DNA from: an uncultured Candidatus Rokubacteria bacterium
GTDB lineage: Bacteria; Methylomirabilota; Methylomirabilia; Rokubacteriales; CSP1-6
Reading direction: 5' to 3'
Assembly (NCBI GenBank): GCA_963762145.1
Contig: CAVXJS010000011.1
Span: 160,001-224,000 of the forward strand
Length of the DNA: 64,000 bases
Shown: positions 19,212 to 29,016 of the stretch, in pieces
Layout: every line of letters begins with the position of its first letter
How positions within the stretch are numbered: position 1 is the first letter of the stretch
The notes under the pieces: model-generated
Told to the model about the DNA's origin: nothing
The model's database searches: none
What the model saw: the letters and a program-made list of their open reading frames with translations, nothing else
Program-made: the position numbers and the translations under genes

Positions 19212-20239
19212 CGGCTGATCTCCAGCTCGATCATGGCGCGGGCCTGTTCGCGCAGCGGGATCGACTTGGCGGCCACGTTGATGTCGCGGGTGACGCGAGA
19301 CACGCGATCGGTCGTCGAGGGAAACACCGCGCCGGGCGAGGAGAAGTCGGTCGCGAGGAACAGCACCGGCTTGAGGGTCAGCAGGGCGTAGACGAGCTCC
19401 ACGCCGGGAGGGCCCTTCAGCTCGAGCTCGTAGCTATCGGTGGCCTCGGGGATCCGGTACGTGCGTCCCGCCTTGACGCCGTGCCCCCCGGAGAAGCGGT
19501 TGGGATAGAGAATCGTCACTTCCCCGCTCGTCCCGACGTTCACGATGGTGAGGAACGCGTCCCGATTGGACTCGAAGCCGAGGCTCAGTCGCTCGCCGAC
19601 ACGGTACTTCGACTTGTCCGCCCAGAGCCTCACCGTGACGCCATCATCGCCGGCCGCCTTGGGCGCCGACGCGGGCGGGGGAGCGGGCGCGGCCGGGGCG
19701 GCGGGCGTGGGAGCGGCGCCGGCCGCCGACGCCTTCGTATCGACGAAGAAGCCCGTTTCCTTCTGCTCGGGCCCGCCTCCGCGAGTTGCAGGGCCCATCC
19801 GCTCGACCGTGGTCGTCACCGCGTACCATCCTTCGGCCGCGTCCCGGGGCACGTCCACCCGGTACTCGCTCAGGACGTTGCCGCCCGGTCGCGCGATCAC
19901 GCGCTCGATCCGTGCCAGGACGAGGCCGTCGTAGCGAATGATCCGGGTTTCTCGGACCTGGCTGGACTCCGGGACCTCATAGCTCGCCCGGAGCGTGGCC
20001 GCTTCCCCCGGCTGCAGTCGGGGCCGTTGCACCGCGGTCTCGCCGAGGGCCAGCTGCTTGGTGCCAGATCGGGTGGTCACGTTGGTGTCCCGATACTGTC
20101 CGGCTTGCCAGCCCCCTTGGGCGAGGGCGAAACTTTTGCGTAGCAGGACCGCGGGAACGAGGGCCAGGGCCAGCAGGCCGGCGATCACCCCGAATCGGAG
20201 GAGTCGTTCGAACCGGCGGGCGACACGGGGGACGGGCAT
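19208..20239 (-). CDS. Exported DUF4384-domain protein
   Basis: Signal peptide; C-terminal DK..Y.VGE..., FLTIVN..G.VTILYPN, PPG.E pattern. Confidence 0.75.
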   Translation of the reverse strand: MPVPRVARRFERLLRFGVIAGLLALALVPAVLLRKSFALAQGGWQAGQYRDTNVTTRSGTKQLALGETAVQRPRLQPGEAATLRASYEVPESSQVRETRIIRYDGLVLARIERVIARPGGNVLSEYRVDVPRDAAEGWYAVTTTVERMGPATRGGGPEQKETGFFVDTKASAAGAAPTPAAPAAPAPPPASAPKAAGDDGVTVRLWADKSKYRVGERLSLGFESNRDAFLTIVNVGTSGEVTILYPNRFSGGHGVKAGRTYRIPEATDSYELELKGPPGVELVYALLTLKPVLFLATDFSSPGAVFPSTTDRVSRVTRDINVAAKSIPLREQARAMIELEISR

Positions 20240-20288
20240 CGTCTTCCTCTCGGAAGGGGCTCCCGCAAGCGCAGCCCCAACGCGATTT

Positions 20289-20354
20289 ACACTACGTCGG
20301 CCCGATGCGGGGAGTCAAGCTAGCTTGACTCCCCGTCAGGTGCTCTACTACTCT
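20289..20354. promoter_or_regulatory. Back-to-back sigma70-type promoters built on a perfect 28-bp palindrome (20308-20335)
   Basis: CGGGGAGTCAAGCTAGCTTGACTCCCCG; + strand TTGACT-18nt-TACTCT, - strand TTGACT-18nt-TAGTGT. Confidence 0.7.
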
Positions 20355-20480
20355 GCGGTTTACTAGGCTATCTAGGCTCACCGGAGGGCAGGGGACGCTT
20401 GGGATCGGGTGCTCGTTGCGATTGAAGCGTCGTACTGCCGGCGACTCGCGGCTCGGCGCCGCACCTTCCGCTGAGAGCGC

Positions 20481-23400
20481 ATGATCTATCTCAAGCATGT
20501 CGAGGGAAGCAAGCGCGGCCAGGTCGAGGAGTTCGATCTCGAGCGCATTCGCATCGGACGCCACCCCGACAACGATCTGAAGTTCGATCCCGGTGCGGAC
20601 CGGGAGGTCTCCGGCCACCACGCCGAGATCCTCTGTCAGGGAGAGCAGGTCTCGATCCGCGATCTCCAGAGTCGCAACGGCACCCTGGTCAACGGGCGCC
20701 GGATCAATCAGACGACGGTCCTCCGGCACGGGGACGCCATTCAGTTCGCGCCCACCGGCCCCAAGGTCATCTTCTCGCTGGGCGAAGCCGAGTCGGGCAC
20801 CGGCACGATGGTGATCGATCGCGATCAGGTCGTCGCCGCATCCCGGTCGGCCCCCGAGCCGGCGGCCCCGGCCGCGTCCCGGCCCTCGGCCGCGCCGCGC
20901 CGGAAGACCTTCGTGCTGGCCGGCTTGATCGTGGTGCTCCTGCTGGTGGTCGCGCTCCTCGCCGTCGCCGCTTGGCGCTCGTGGACCCTCTTCTTCGTGC
21001 TCCTGGGTGTGGTCGTGCTCCTGGCCATCGCGGGCGCGGTCACGTGGTGGTGGACGCGGAAGCGTGCCGGGACCGCGGCGTCGCACGCCGACGCGAGCCG
21101 GCGGGCCGGCGACGAGCCCGGTCCCGCGCCGGGCGAAGCGACCGGGGACACGATCCGGGAGCTGCGGGCGAAGTGGAGCCAGGCCCTGGCCCGGCTGCGC
21201 GGCTCCAAGCTCGGGGGGCCGGACGACGACGCGGTGGGGGCGCTGCCGTGGCTCGTGGCGCTCGGCGAGCGCGGATCGGGGAAGAGCGAGCTCATCAGGG
21301 CCGGCAATCCGCCGGCGTCCGTCTCGACGGTCCGGCAGGCGGTCTCGGGGACCCGAACGTGCGACTGGTGGTTCTTCGACGGCGCCGTGATCCTCGACAC
21401 GCCCGGACGGTATGCCTTCCCGGTCGACGCGCGGGGCGACGGGCGTGAGTGGGAGGAATTCCTCTCGCTGCTGCGCGGCGCGCGACCGGTCGACCCCCTC
21501 AACGGCGTCATCGTCACGGTGGCGGCCGACTCCCTCGCGGCCCGGTCGGCCGCGAGCCTCAAGGACGAGGCCACCCAGATACGCCGGCGGCTCGACCACC
21601 TGACCCGGCGGGTGGGAGTGAGACCGCCCATCTATCTGGTCGTGACCAAGATCGACCTGCTGGCCGGCTTCCGGGAGTTCTTCGCCGACGTGCCCGAGGC
21701 GCACCGCAGCCAGGCCATGGGCTGGGTCAGCGAGGACGGGCGTGAGGAAGCCCCGGGGAGCCTCTTCGTCCGGGCGGTCGACACCGTCGCCAGACAGCTC
21801 GATCGCCTGCGCCTCTCCGTCCTGGACCGACGGGACACCGATGCGCAGGTCGGGCGCCGGTTCCTGTTCCCCGAGGAGTTCCGGGCCCTCGCGCGACCCC
21901 TCCATGCCTTCGGCGAGGCCCTGCTTCGCGCCAATCAGTACGATGAGACTCCCTGGTTCCGGGGCGTGTTCTTCACCTCGGCGCCGGGCGACGGGGCGCC
22001 CTCCTCGTACCTGGCCCGGACCCTGGGCCTGGAGGACGGCGTGCCGTCGGCGGGGTCGCGCGCGGCCGGCTCCCTCTTCGTCCGCGATCTGTTCGGCGCG
22101 ATCCTGCCGAAGGACCGCGAGCTGGTGCGGCGCACCGGAGCCACGCGCCATCGCCACCGTGGCGGCCGCCAGAAGGCCCTCTACGCCGTCGGCGCCGGCG
22201 CGGCGGTCCTGTCGCTGTTGCTGACGGTCTCCTTCGTCCGGAACTCGCGGGCTCTCGCCCGCCTCGACGTGAGCCCCTGTCTCGGGTCGGCGGGATCCGC
22301 CGCGGGCGCCACGCTGGGCGGCCGCCTCGAGCGCCTCGACCGGTGTCGGAACACGCTGGCGACGCTCGTACCCCACGGCTTCTGGGCCCGCGCCACGACC
22401 GACTTCTGGCTCCGTCAGGCCGAGCGTCTCGAGGGCCCCATCGCACGCCGGTACGTGGAGGTATTCAAGGTCGAGGTCGAGGGGCCGATCGATGGAGCCG
22501 TCGATCGCGCGCTCGCGCCGGGGCCGAAGGCCCCCGTCGTCGTCGGCGCGGTGCTCCAGCGGATCGCGCTGGTCGGCCGATGCCGGACCGACGGCCGCTG
22601 CCCGACCGACGACGCCGGCGCCTGGCCCAGCTATCGCACGCTCCTCGGCGCCGCGGAGCCCAGGGCCCAGGACAACGAGGAGACCGTGAAGGCCCTCCGG
22701 CGGACTCACGCCGCGTACCTGGAGCTGCACGCCGATCCCGCTGCCCTCGACGAGATGCGCGCCCGCGACGTGGCCCGCGTCAGTCGATGGCTGAGCGCGG
22801 GCGGGTTGCGGACCGAGTGGGTCCTCGCGTCCGCCACCAGTCAGTTCGCGCCGGTGCGCTCGCGAGATTTCTGGGCGTGGGACGGTCCGCTCCAGGTCGA
22901 CGCGCCGTTCACCGGCCGGGCCTGGGGCGAGGCCATCCAACCGCTGACGCAGGGCCTGCGAGCCCTCGCGCCGAACGCGGCCGACGTGCGTGACGCGGTC
23001 GCGCGATTCGAGAACGACTACCGCACCGAGGCACTGCGTCAGTGGGGGCAGTTCCTGATCGGCTTCCCGCAGGAAGAGCGGGTGCTGGGCGGGCGGCGCG
23101 GGTCGCGCGATCTCGCGGTGCGGTCCCTCGAGGCGGAGTCGCCGTATCGACGCGTGCTCGACCAGGCCGCCGCCGATGTCGGCGCGATCGTCGGCCCGGC
23201 TCGCGGCGACGCCGACCTGCCGGCCTGGGCCGGCACGCTGCTGCGCTACGCGGCGCTGCGCAAGATGGCGGCGAGTCCGCCGCCCGCGCCCGGACAGAGG
23301 CCGGCCGACCCGAAGGCGCAGCCCACGGAGGCCGAGCGTCTGGCGATGGGGTACGTCAAGGGATACGGCGAGGCCCTGGATCAGCTCAAGGGCGAGCTGG

Positions 23401-23885
23401 GCGGTCCGGAGAAGGCCTACGCCTCGGTTCAGAAGGTGTTCGACGAGGGAGAGTCGAGCGAGCGGAGCGTGCACCCGGTGCACAAGACCCTCTGGAATCT
23501 GCGCGCCCTCCGCAACCAGATCGGCGCGCGTCAGGGCGACGACCGCATCGTGTGGGATCTGCTCTCCCGGCCGGTCACCCTGGTGTGGCGGACCATGCTC
23601 GGGGAGGCCGCTCAGCAGGTGCAGGGCGTGTGGGAGGCGATGATTCCGGGGCTCACGGGTCTGACCCCGGGCCTCCAGGCCACCCGGATCATCGAGTTCG
23701 CCAACACCGGGCCCGCGGGGCCGCTACTCGAGCGGTCGAGAGATCGGTACGTGGTGCGCCGCTTCCTCGGGGAGGGCGCCCCGCTGTCACCGGGCTTCGT
23801 CGATTTCATCTCGCGCATTCGCACGATGCCGGTCGAGCGCCTGGACAAGATCGACCCGCCACGCCTCATCGTCACATCCTCATGA
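20481..23885 (+). CDS. tssM: FHA domain-TssM/IcmF fusion (T6SS membrane complex)
   Basis: FHA motifs IGR..S.HH..SRNGT; 2 TM; LPW, GERGSGKS, CDWWF, DTPG, PLNG, YLVVTKIDL..GF.EFF, RGVFFTS; third TM. Confidence 0.85.
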   Translation: MIYLKHVEGSKRGQVEEFDLERIRIGRHPDNDLKFDPGADREVSGHHAEILCQGEQVSIRDLQSRNGTLVNGRRINQTTVLRHGDAIQFAPTGPKVIFSLGEAESGTGTMVIDRDQVVAASRSAPEPAAPAASRPSAAPRRKTFVLAGLIVVLLLVVALLAVAAWRSWTLFFVLLGVVVLLAIAGAVTWWWTRKRAGTAASHADASRRAGDEPGPAPGEATGDTIRELRAKWSQALARLRGSKLGGPDDDAVGALPWLVALGERGSGKSELIRAGNPPASVSTVRQAVSGTRTCDWWFFDGAVILDTPGRYAFPVDARGDGREWEEFLSLLRGARPVDPLNGVIVTVAADSLAARSAASLKDEATQIRRRLDHLTRRVGVRPPIYLVVTKIDLLAGFREFFADVPEAHRSQAMGWVSEDGREEAPGSLFVRAVDTVARQLDRLRLSVLDRRDTDAQVGRRFLFPEEFRALARPLHAFGEALLRANQYDETPWFRGVFFTSAPGDGAPSSYLARTLGLEDGVPSAGSRAAGSLFVRDLFGAILPKDRELVRRTGATRHRHRGGRQKALYAVGAGAAVLSLLLTVSFVRNSRALARLDVSPCLGSAGSAAGATLGGRLERLDRCRNTLATLVPHGFWARATTDFWLRQAERLEGPIARRYVEVFKVEVEGPIDGAVDRALAPGPKAPVVVGAVLQRIALVGRCRTDGRCPTDDAGAWPSYRTLLGAAEPRAQDNEETVKALRRTHAAYLELHADPAALDEMRARDVARVSRWLSAGGLRTEWVLASATSQFAPVRSRDFWAWDGPLQVDAPFTGRAWGEAIQPLTQGLRALAPNAADVRDAVARFENDYRTEALRQWGQFLIGFPQEERVLGGRRGSRDLAVRSLEAESPYRRVLDQAAADVGAIVGPARGDADLPAWAGTLLRYAALRKMAASPPPAPGQRPADPKAQPTEAERLAMGYVKGYGEALDQLKGELGGPEKAYASVQKVFDEGESSERSVHPVHKTLWNLRALRNQIGARQGDDRIVWDLLSRPVTLVWRTMLGEAAQQVQGVWEAMIPGLTGLTPGLQATRIIEFANTGPAGPLLERSRDRYVVRRFLGEGAPLSPGFVDFISRIRTMPVERLDKIDPPRLIVTSS

Positions 23886-23907
23886 AAGGCTTCGAGCGAA
23901 CAACGCC

Positions 23908-25245
23908 ATGACGCAATCGGGCAAGGTCGTATGGGGTGAGGGCATGTTCCTCACGCCCCATCTCTTCCAGCAGGCGGATCGCCATCACGAGCACGTGCTC
24001 GACTTCCGGCTGCGCGCGGTCGTTCCGTTCGGCTGGGGCTTCGTCGAGCTGGAGCTGGACGACGAGGCGGTGACCAACGGCGACATCGCGGTTCGGCGCT
24101 GCGCGGGCGTGCTGCCGGACGGGCTCGTCTTCCAGGTGCCGCAGCCCGACCGCGGCCCGAGCAGCCGCTCGATCAAGTCGCACTTCTCCGTCTCGACCGA
24201 CCGCGTGTCGGTCTACCTGGCGTTGCCGGTGGTCCGCGAGGGGACGAACGTGCGCCTCGACGGCGCGGGAGGCGGGCCGCCCACGCGATACGAGACCGAG
24301 ATGGTCCGGGTCGCGGACGAGACGGCCGAGGACAACGAAGGCGAGATCCCGTTCGCGCGGAAGAACTTCCGGCTGCTCTTCTCCGGCGAGGCGCTCGACG
24401 ACACCGTCTCCATGAAGCTGGGGGAAGTCACCCGGACCGAGTCGGGGGCGTTCCGGCTGTCCGAGTCGTTCGTGCCCGCCTCGCTGACGATCCGCTCGTC
24501 TCCCCGGCTTCTCGCGATGCTGCGCGAGGTGCTGGAGCTGCTGAGCGCCCGGAGCACCTCCCTCGGGTCCCAGCGACGCCATCTCGCCGACTTCTCGCAG
24601 TCCGACATGGCCACGTTCTGGCTCCTGCACACCGTCAACTCCTGGATCCCGCTGCTCGCCCACATCGCGGCGTCTCCCGACCATCATCCCGAGCGGGTGT
24701 ACGTGGCGTTCGCTCAGCTCATCGGCCAGCTCTCGAGCTTCGCCCTCGACAGCGATCCCCGGGACGTGCCGGTGTACGACCACGATCGCCTGGGCGACGT
24801 CTTCAGCGAGCTGGTCCGCCGGATCCGCACCCTCCTCGACACGGTCATCCCGATCCGGTACGTGATCATCCCGCTCGTGCGGACCCGGGACCTCCTGCAC
24901 GTGGGGCGGGTCGAGGACGAGCGGCTGCTCCAGACCGCCCAGTTCTATCTGGGGGCGGACGCCAAGATGCCCGCCGGCCGGCTCGTGGAGGAGCTTCCCG
25001 CCAAGTCCAAGATCAGCTCCCCGGACCACGTCGGCGACCTGATCGGGCGCGCGGTGCCCGGGGTGGAGCTGCTGCACGAGCCGGTCCCGCCGGCCGCGAT
25101 TCCGGTGCGCGCGGGCTTCAAGTACTTCCAGCTGAGCCGGCACGGGCGCGCGTGGGAAGCCATCAACCGGGCCAAGGCGCTGGCGCTGTATCTGCCCGAT
25201 GACTTCCCGGAATTGAAGCTTGAATTAGTCGCTATAAAGTCGTAG
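23908..25245 (+). CDS. tssK: T6SS baseplate subunit TssK
   Basis: VVWGEGMFL.PH.FQQ.DR, G..PDG, HPE..Y, YDHD, YFQL. Confidence 0.95.
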   Translation: MTQSGKVVWGEGMFLTPHLFQQADRHHEHVLDFRLRAVVPFGWGFVELELDDEAVTNGDIAVRRCAGVLPDGLVFQVPQPDRGPSSRSIKSHFSVSTDRVSVYLALPVVREGTNVRLDGAGGGPPTRYETEMVRVADETAEDNEGEIPFARKNFRLLFSGEALDDTVSMKLGEVTRTESGAFRLSESFVPASLTIRSSPRLLAMLREVLELLSARSTSLGSQRRHLADFSQSDMATFWLLHTVNSWIPLLAHIAASPDHHPERVYVAFAQLIGQLSSFALDSDPRDVPVYDHDRLGDVFSELVRRIRTLLDTVIPIRYVIIPLVRTRDLLHVGRVEDERLLQTAQFYLGADAKMPAGRLVEELPAKSKISSPDHVGDLIGRAVPGVELLHEPVPPAAIPVRAGFKYFQLSRHGRAWEAINRAKALALYLPDDFPELKLELVAIKS

Positions 25246-25303
25246 GTTAGGCTACCTTGAGCGCGGCACCGAGCGGCTTGCCACAGGCGGGATAGAGGCG
25301 CCG

Positions 25304-26386
25304 ATGTCCTCACCGGAGACCGTCGATTTCGAGTCGCTCCTCGCCCCCATTCCCGGGGACAAGCCGGGGGGAGAGTCCATCCGCTATGCCGGCCCCTACG
25401 ACGCGATCGAGGACGCACGGCGGGCCGACGACGAGCTGACCCAGGGGGACTGGCAGCGCGACACGAAGACGTCGGACTGGCGCCGCGTCGTCGATCTCGC
25501 GGGCGACGCGCTCTGCAAGCGCAGCAAGGATATCCAGGTCGCGGCGTGGATGACCGAGGCGCTCATCCGCCTGCACGGCTTCGCCGGCCTGCGCGACGGC
25601 AGCCGCCTCCTGCGCGAGCTGAGCGAGCGATTCTGGGACCATCTCCATCCCGAGGCGGAGGGGGACGATCTGGAGGGCCGCGCCGGGCCCATCGAATGGA
25701 TGAACCAGCGCCTGCCCGAGGCGGTGCGCTTCGTGGCGATCGCTCAGTCGAGCCAGGGAGACAAGTACGGGTGGTGGCACTGGCAGGAGTCCCGCTCCGT
25801 CGACAACCTCGGCCGGACCAACCCGGAGGCGAAGGCCGCCGCGCTGGCCGAGGGGAAGATCTCGGGCGAGGATTTCGACAAGGCGGTGGGGACGCTCCGG
25901 CGCGTCCACTACGAGCAGGTCTTCGCGGACGTCACGCAGGCGGGCGAGCAGATCCAGGCCTTGATCGCGGAGGTCGATACCCGCTTCGGACGGAACGCGC
26001 CGAGCCTCGTCGCGCTGAAGCAGGCCGCCGAGGACTGCCGCGCGCTCGTCGAGACGATCGTCAAGCGGAAGCGGGAGCTCGAGCCCGACGCGGCGACGAG
26101 CGAGGCCGCGCCGGGCGAGGAAGCGCCCAGCGCGACGGGCCGCCGGGGCGCCGCCCTGGGCGATCGAGCGGCCGCGCTGCAGCAGCTCGCCGAGGTCGCG
26201 GCGTTCTTTCGCCGCACCGAGCCGCACAGCCCCGTGTCCTATCTGGTACAACGAGCCGTGCAGTGGGGGCACATGCCGCTGGAGAACTGGCTCCGTGACG
26301 TCATCAAGGACGAGACCGTCCTGGCCAATCTCCGCGATACGCTGGGTCTGAAGGAAGGGGCTCCGGGGGCGGACAGCGCTCCCTAG
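25304..26386 (+). CDS. tssA: T6SS TssA (ImpA)
   Basis: LLAPIPGD.PGG, SKDIQVA.W, FWD.LHP, FFRRTEPHSPVSYL. Confidence 0.93.
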   Translation: MSSPETVDFESLLAPIPGDKPGGESIRYAGPYDAIEDARRADDELTQGDWQRDTKTSDWRRVVDLAGDALCKRSKDIQVAAWMTEALIRLHGFAGLRDGSRLLRELSERFWDHLHPEAEGDDLEGRAGPIEWMNQRLPEAVRFVAIAQSSQGDKYGWWHWQESRSVDNLGRTNPEAKAAALAEGKISGEDFDKAVGTLRRVHYEQVFADVTQAGEQIQALIAEVDTRFGRNAPSLVALKQAAEDCRALVETIVKRKRELEPDAATSEAAPGEEAPSATGRRGAALGDRAAALQQLAEVAAFFRRTEPHSPVSYLVQRAVQWGHMPLENWLRDVIKDETVLANLRDTLGLKEGAPGADSAP

Positions 26387-26414
26387 AGCCTGAGTTCACC
26401 AAGGAGGAGTTGCC

Positions 26415-26944
26415 ATGGCGCGAGAGAGTACACAGCACAAGCTGGACCGTGTAAGGCCGCCGCGGGTGCAGATCACCTACGACGTCGAGACGGGTGACGC
26501 GATCGAGATGAAGGAGCTACCCTTCGTTCTCGGCGTGCTCGCGGACCTGTCCGGGAAGCCCGAGGAGCCCCTGCCACGCCTGAGGGACCGCAAGTTCGTC
26601 GAGATCGACCGCGACAACTTCGACGCGGTGATGCGCGGCATGAAGCCGCGCCTGGCGTTCCGGGTCGACAACAAGCTCAGCGACGACAACACCCAGATGG
26701 CCGTCGAGCTGAAGTTCAACTCGCTCGAGGACTTCGAGCCGGAGCAGGTCGTCCGGCAGGTCGAGCCCCTCCGCAAGCTGCTGGAGACGCGCCAGCAGCT
26801 GCAGGCGCTGCTGGCCAAGATGGACGGCAACGACAAGCTGACGACAAGCTGCAGGAGATCATCAGCAACACCGACATGCTGAAGAAGATCGGCAGCGAGG
26901 TCGGGGCGGGCGAGGACGGGAAGGAGGGCCGGGGCAATGGCTAA
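26415..26944 (+). CDS. tssB: T6SS sheath small subunit TssB (frameshift near 26845)
   Basis: RPPRVQITYDVE, ELPFVLGVLADLSG, DFEP; C-terminus continues in another frame to TAA 26944. Confidence 0.92.
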
Positions 26945-28427
26945 CGAGGCGAAGGGCGCCAAGTCCCAGTCGGCCGAAGCGGCCAGTCAGGAAGCGAGCC
27001 TGCTCGACCAGGTCATCGGCCAGACCCGCTCGCGCAACGACGAGCAGCGCGAGGAATCCCGGCGGCAGATCTCGACGCTGGTCGAAGAGGTGATGCAGGG
27101 CACTGAAGATCTCGAAGGATCTCGAGACCACGATCAATGCCCGCATCGCGGAGATCGATCAGCTCCTGACCAAGCAGCTCAACGAGATCCTGCACCAGCC
27201 GGAGTTCCAGAAGCTGGAGGCCTCGTGGCGCGGGCTGCACTACTGGTGCACGAGAGCGAGACCGAGCACGATGCTCAAGATCCGCGTGCTCAACGTCTCG
27301 AAGGAGGACCTGCTCCGCGACCTCGAGCGCGCGGTCGAGTTCGACCAGAGCGCGCTCTTCAAGAAGGTCTACGAGGAGGAGTACGGCACCTTCGGCGGCG
27401 CCCCCTTCGCGGCGCTGATCGGCGACTACGAGTTCTCGCGCGACGAGCCCGGACATCGGCGCTGCTCGAGAAGATCTCGAACGTGGCGGCGGCGCGCCCA
27501 CGCGCCGTTCATCGCCGCGGCCGCGCCCGAGCTGTTCAACCTGGACAGCTTCACCGAGCTCGACCGCGCCGCGCGACCTGGCCAAGATCTTCGAGAGCGT
27601 CGAGTACGCCAAGTGGAAGTCGTTCCGGGAGTCCGAGGACTCCCGCTACGTGGGCCTGTGCCTGCCCCACATCCTGATGCGCCTGCCCTACGGCCCCGAC
27701 ACGATCCCGGTCGAGGCGTTCAACTTCGAGGAGGACGTCGACGGCCGCGACCACAGCAAGTACCTGTGGGGCAACGCGGCCTACGCGCTGGCCACCCGGC
27801 TCACCAGCTGCCTTCGCCAAGTACGGCTGGTGCGCGGCCATCCGCGGCGTGGAGGGCGGCGGCCTGGTCGAGGGCCTGCCGACCCACACCTTCCAGACCG
27901 ACGAGGGCGACGTCGCGCTGAAGTGCCCGACCGAGATCGCGATCACCGACCGGCGCGAGAAGGAGCTGGCGGACCTCGGGCTTCATCCCGCTGGTGCACT
28001 GCAAGGGCACCGACTACGCGGCGTTCTTCGGCGCCCAGTCGGCGCAGAAGCCGAAGAAGTACGACACCGACGCGGCCAACGCCAACGCGCGGCTCTCGAC
28101 GCAGCTGCCGTACATCCTGGCGATGTCGCGCTTCGCCCACTACCTGAAGGCGATCATGCGCGACAAGATCGGCAGCTTCATGTCCCGCGCCGACGTGCGA
28201 GTACTTCCTGAACCGCTGGATCACGAACTACGTGACCCTCGACGACGACGCCAGCCCGCCTCAAGGCCCAGAAGCCGCTGCGCGAGGCGCGGATCGAGGT
28301 GTCCGAGGTCGCCGGCAAGCCGGGGGTGTACCAGGCGGTGGCGTTCCTGCGGCCGCACTTCCAGCTCGACGAGCTGTCGGTGTCGCTGCGGCTGGTGGCC
28401 GAGCTGCCGCAGTCGACGCGCAAGTAG
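26937..28427 (+). CDS. tssC: T6SS sheath large subunit TssC (multiple frameshifts)
   Basis: FQKLEASWRGL, YEEEYGTFGG, RLPYG, YLWGNA, CPTEIAITDRRE, SRFAHYLK, FLRPHFQL pieces across frames. Confidence 0.92.
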
Positions 28428-28464
28428 TGTTCACAACTCACGTACGGGAGGCGGAGGCGAGAAA

Positions 28465-28950
28465 ATGGCCGCGGTAGACTACTTTCTGAAGCTCAAGGGA
28501 ATCGATGGTGAGTCGGAGGACTCGAAGCACAAGGCCGAGATCGACGTCGAGTCCTGGTCGTGGGGCGAGTCCAACTCGGGCACCCACTCCGGCGGCGGCG
28601 GGGGCGGCGCCGGCAAGGTGGCGATGCAGGACTTTCACTTCACGATGAAGGTCAACAAGGCGTCACCGAAGCTGTTGCTGGCCTGCGCCAACGGGGAGCA
28701 CATTGCGGACGCGAAGCTCACCTGTCGCAAGGCCGGCAAGGAGCAGCAGGAGTACCTGATCTTCAAGTTCACCGACCTGCTGGTCTCCTCGTACCAGACC
28801 GGTGGTTCTCACGGCGATCTGGTGCCGACTGACCAGATCTCCTTGAATTTCGCGAAGGTCGAGGTGGAGTACAAGCCGCAGAACACCGACGGTTCGCTGG
28901 GCGGCTCGATCAGCGCCGGCTACGACCTGAAGAAGAACAAACAGGTCTGA
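28465..28950 (+). CDS. hcp: T6SS tube protein Hcp
   Basis: FLKL.GI.GES.D..H..EI, KASPKL, SLNFAK, GYDLK.N; GGAGG RBS. Confidence 0.96.
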   Translation: MAAVDYFLKLKGIDGESEDSKHKAEIDVESWSWGESNSGTHSGGGGGGAGKVAMQDFHFTMKVNKASPKLLLACANGEHIADAKLTCRKAGKEQQEYLIFKFTDLLVSSYQTGGSHGDLVPTDQISLNFAKVEVEYKPQNTDGSLGGSISAGYDLKKNKQV

Positions 28951-28967
28951 TCCCTCCGGAAGAGGAT

Positions 28968-29001
28968 CGGAACCGGCGCGTCGGGAGACGCGCCGGTTCC
29001 G
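28968..29001 (+). terminator. 15-bp stem with GNRA loop after hcp (stabiliser or partial terminator, no U-tract)
   Basis: CGGAACCGGCGCGTC-GGGA-GACGCGCCGGTTCCG. Confidence 0.6.
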
Positions 29002-29016
29002 GCCATTCAGGGCCCA

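Noticed and set aside
20292-23483. Long antisense ORFs (1063 aa here, similar ones opposite argS, glmM, tssF and vgrG)
   Set aside because: Shadow frames expected in high-GC coding DNA; Arg/Gly/Pro-rich with no motifs
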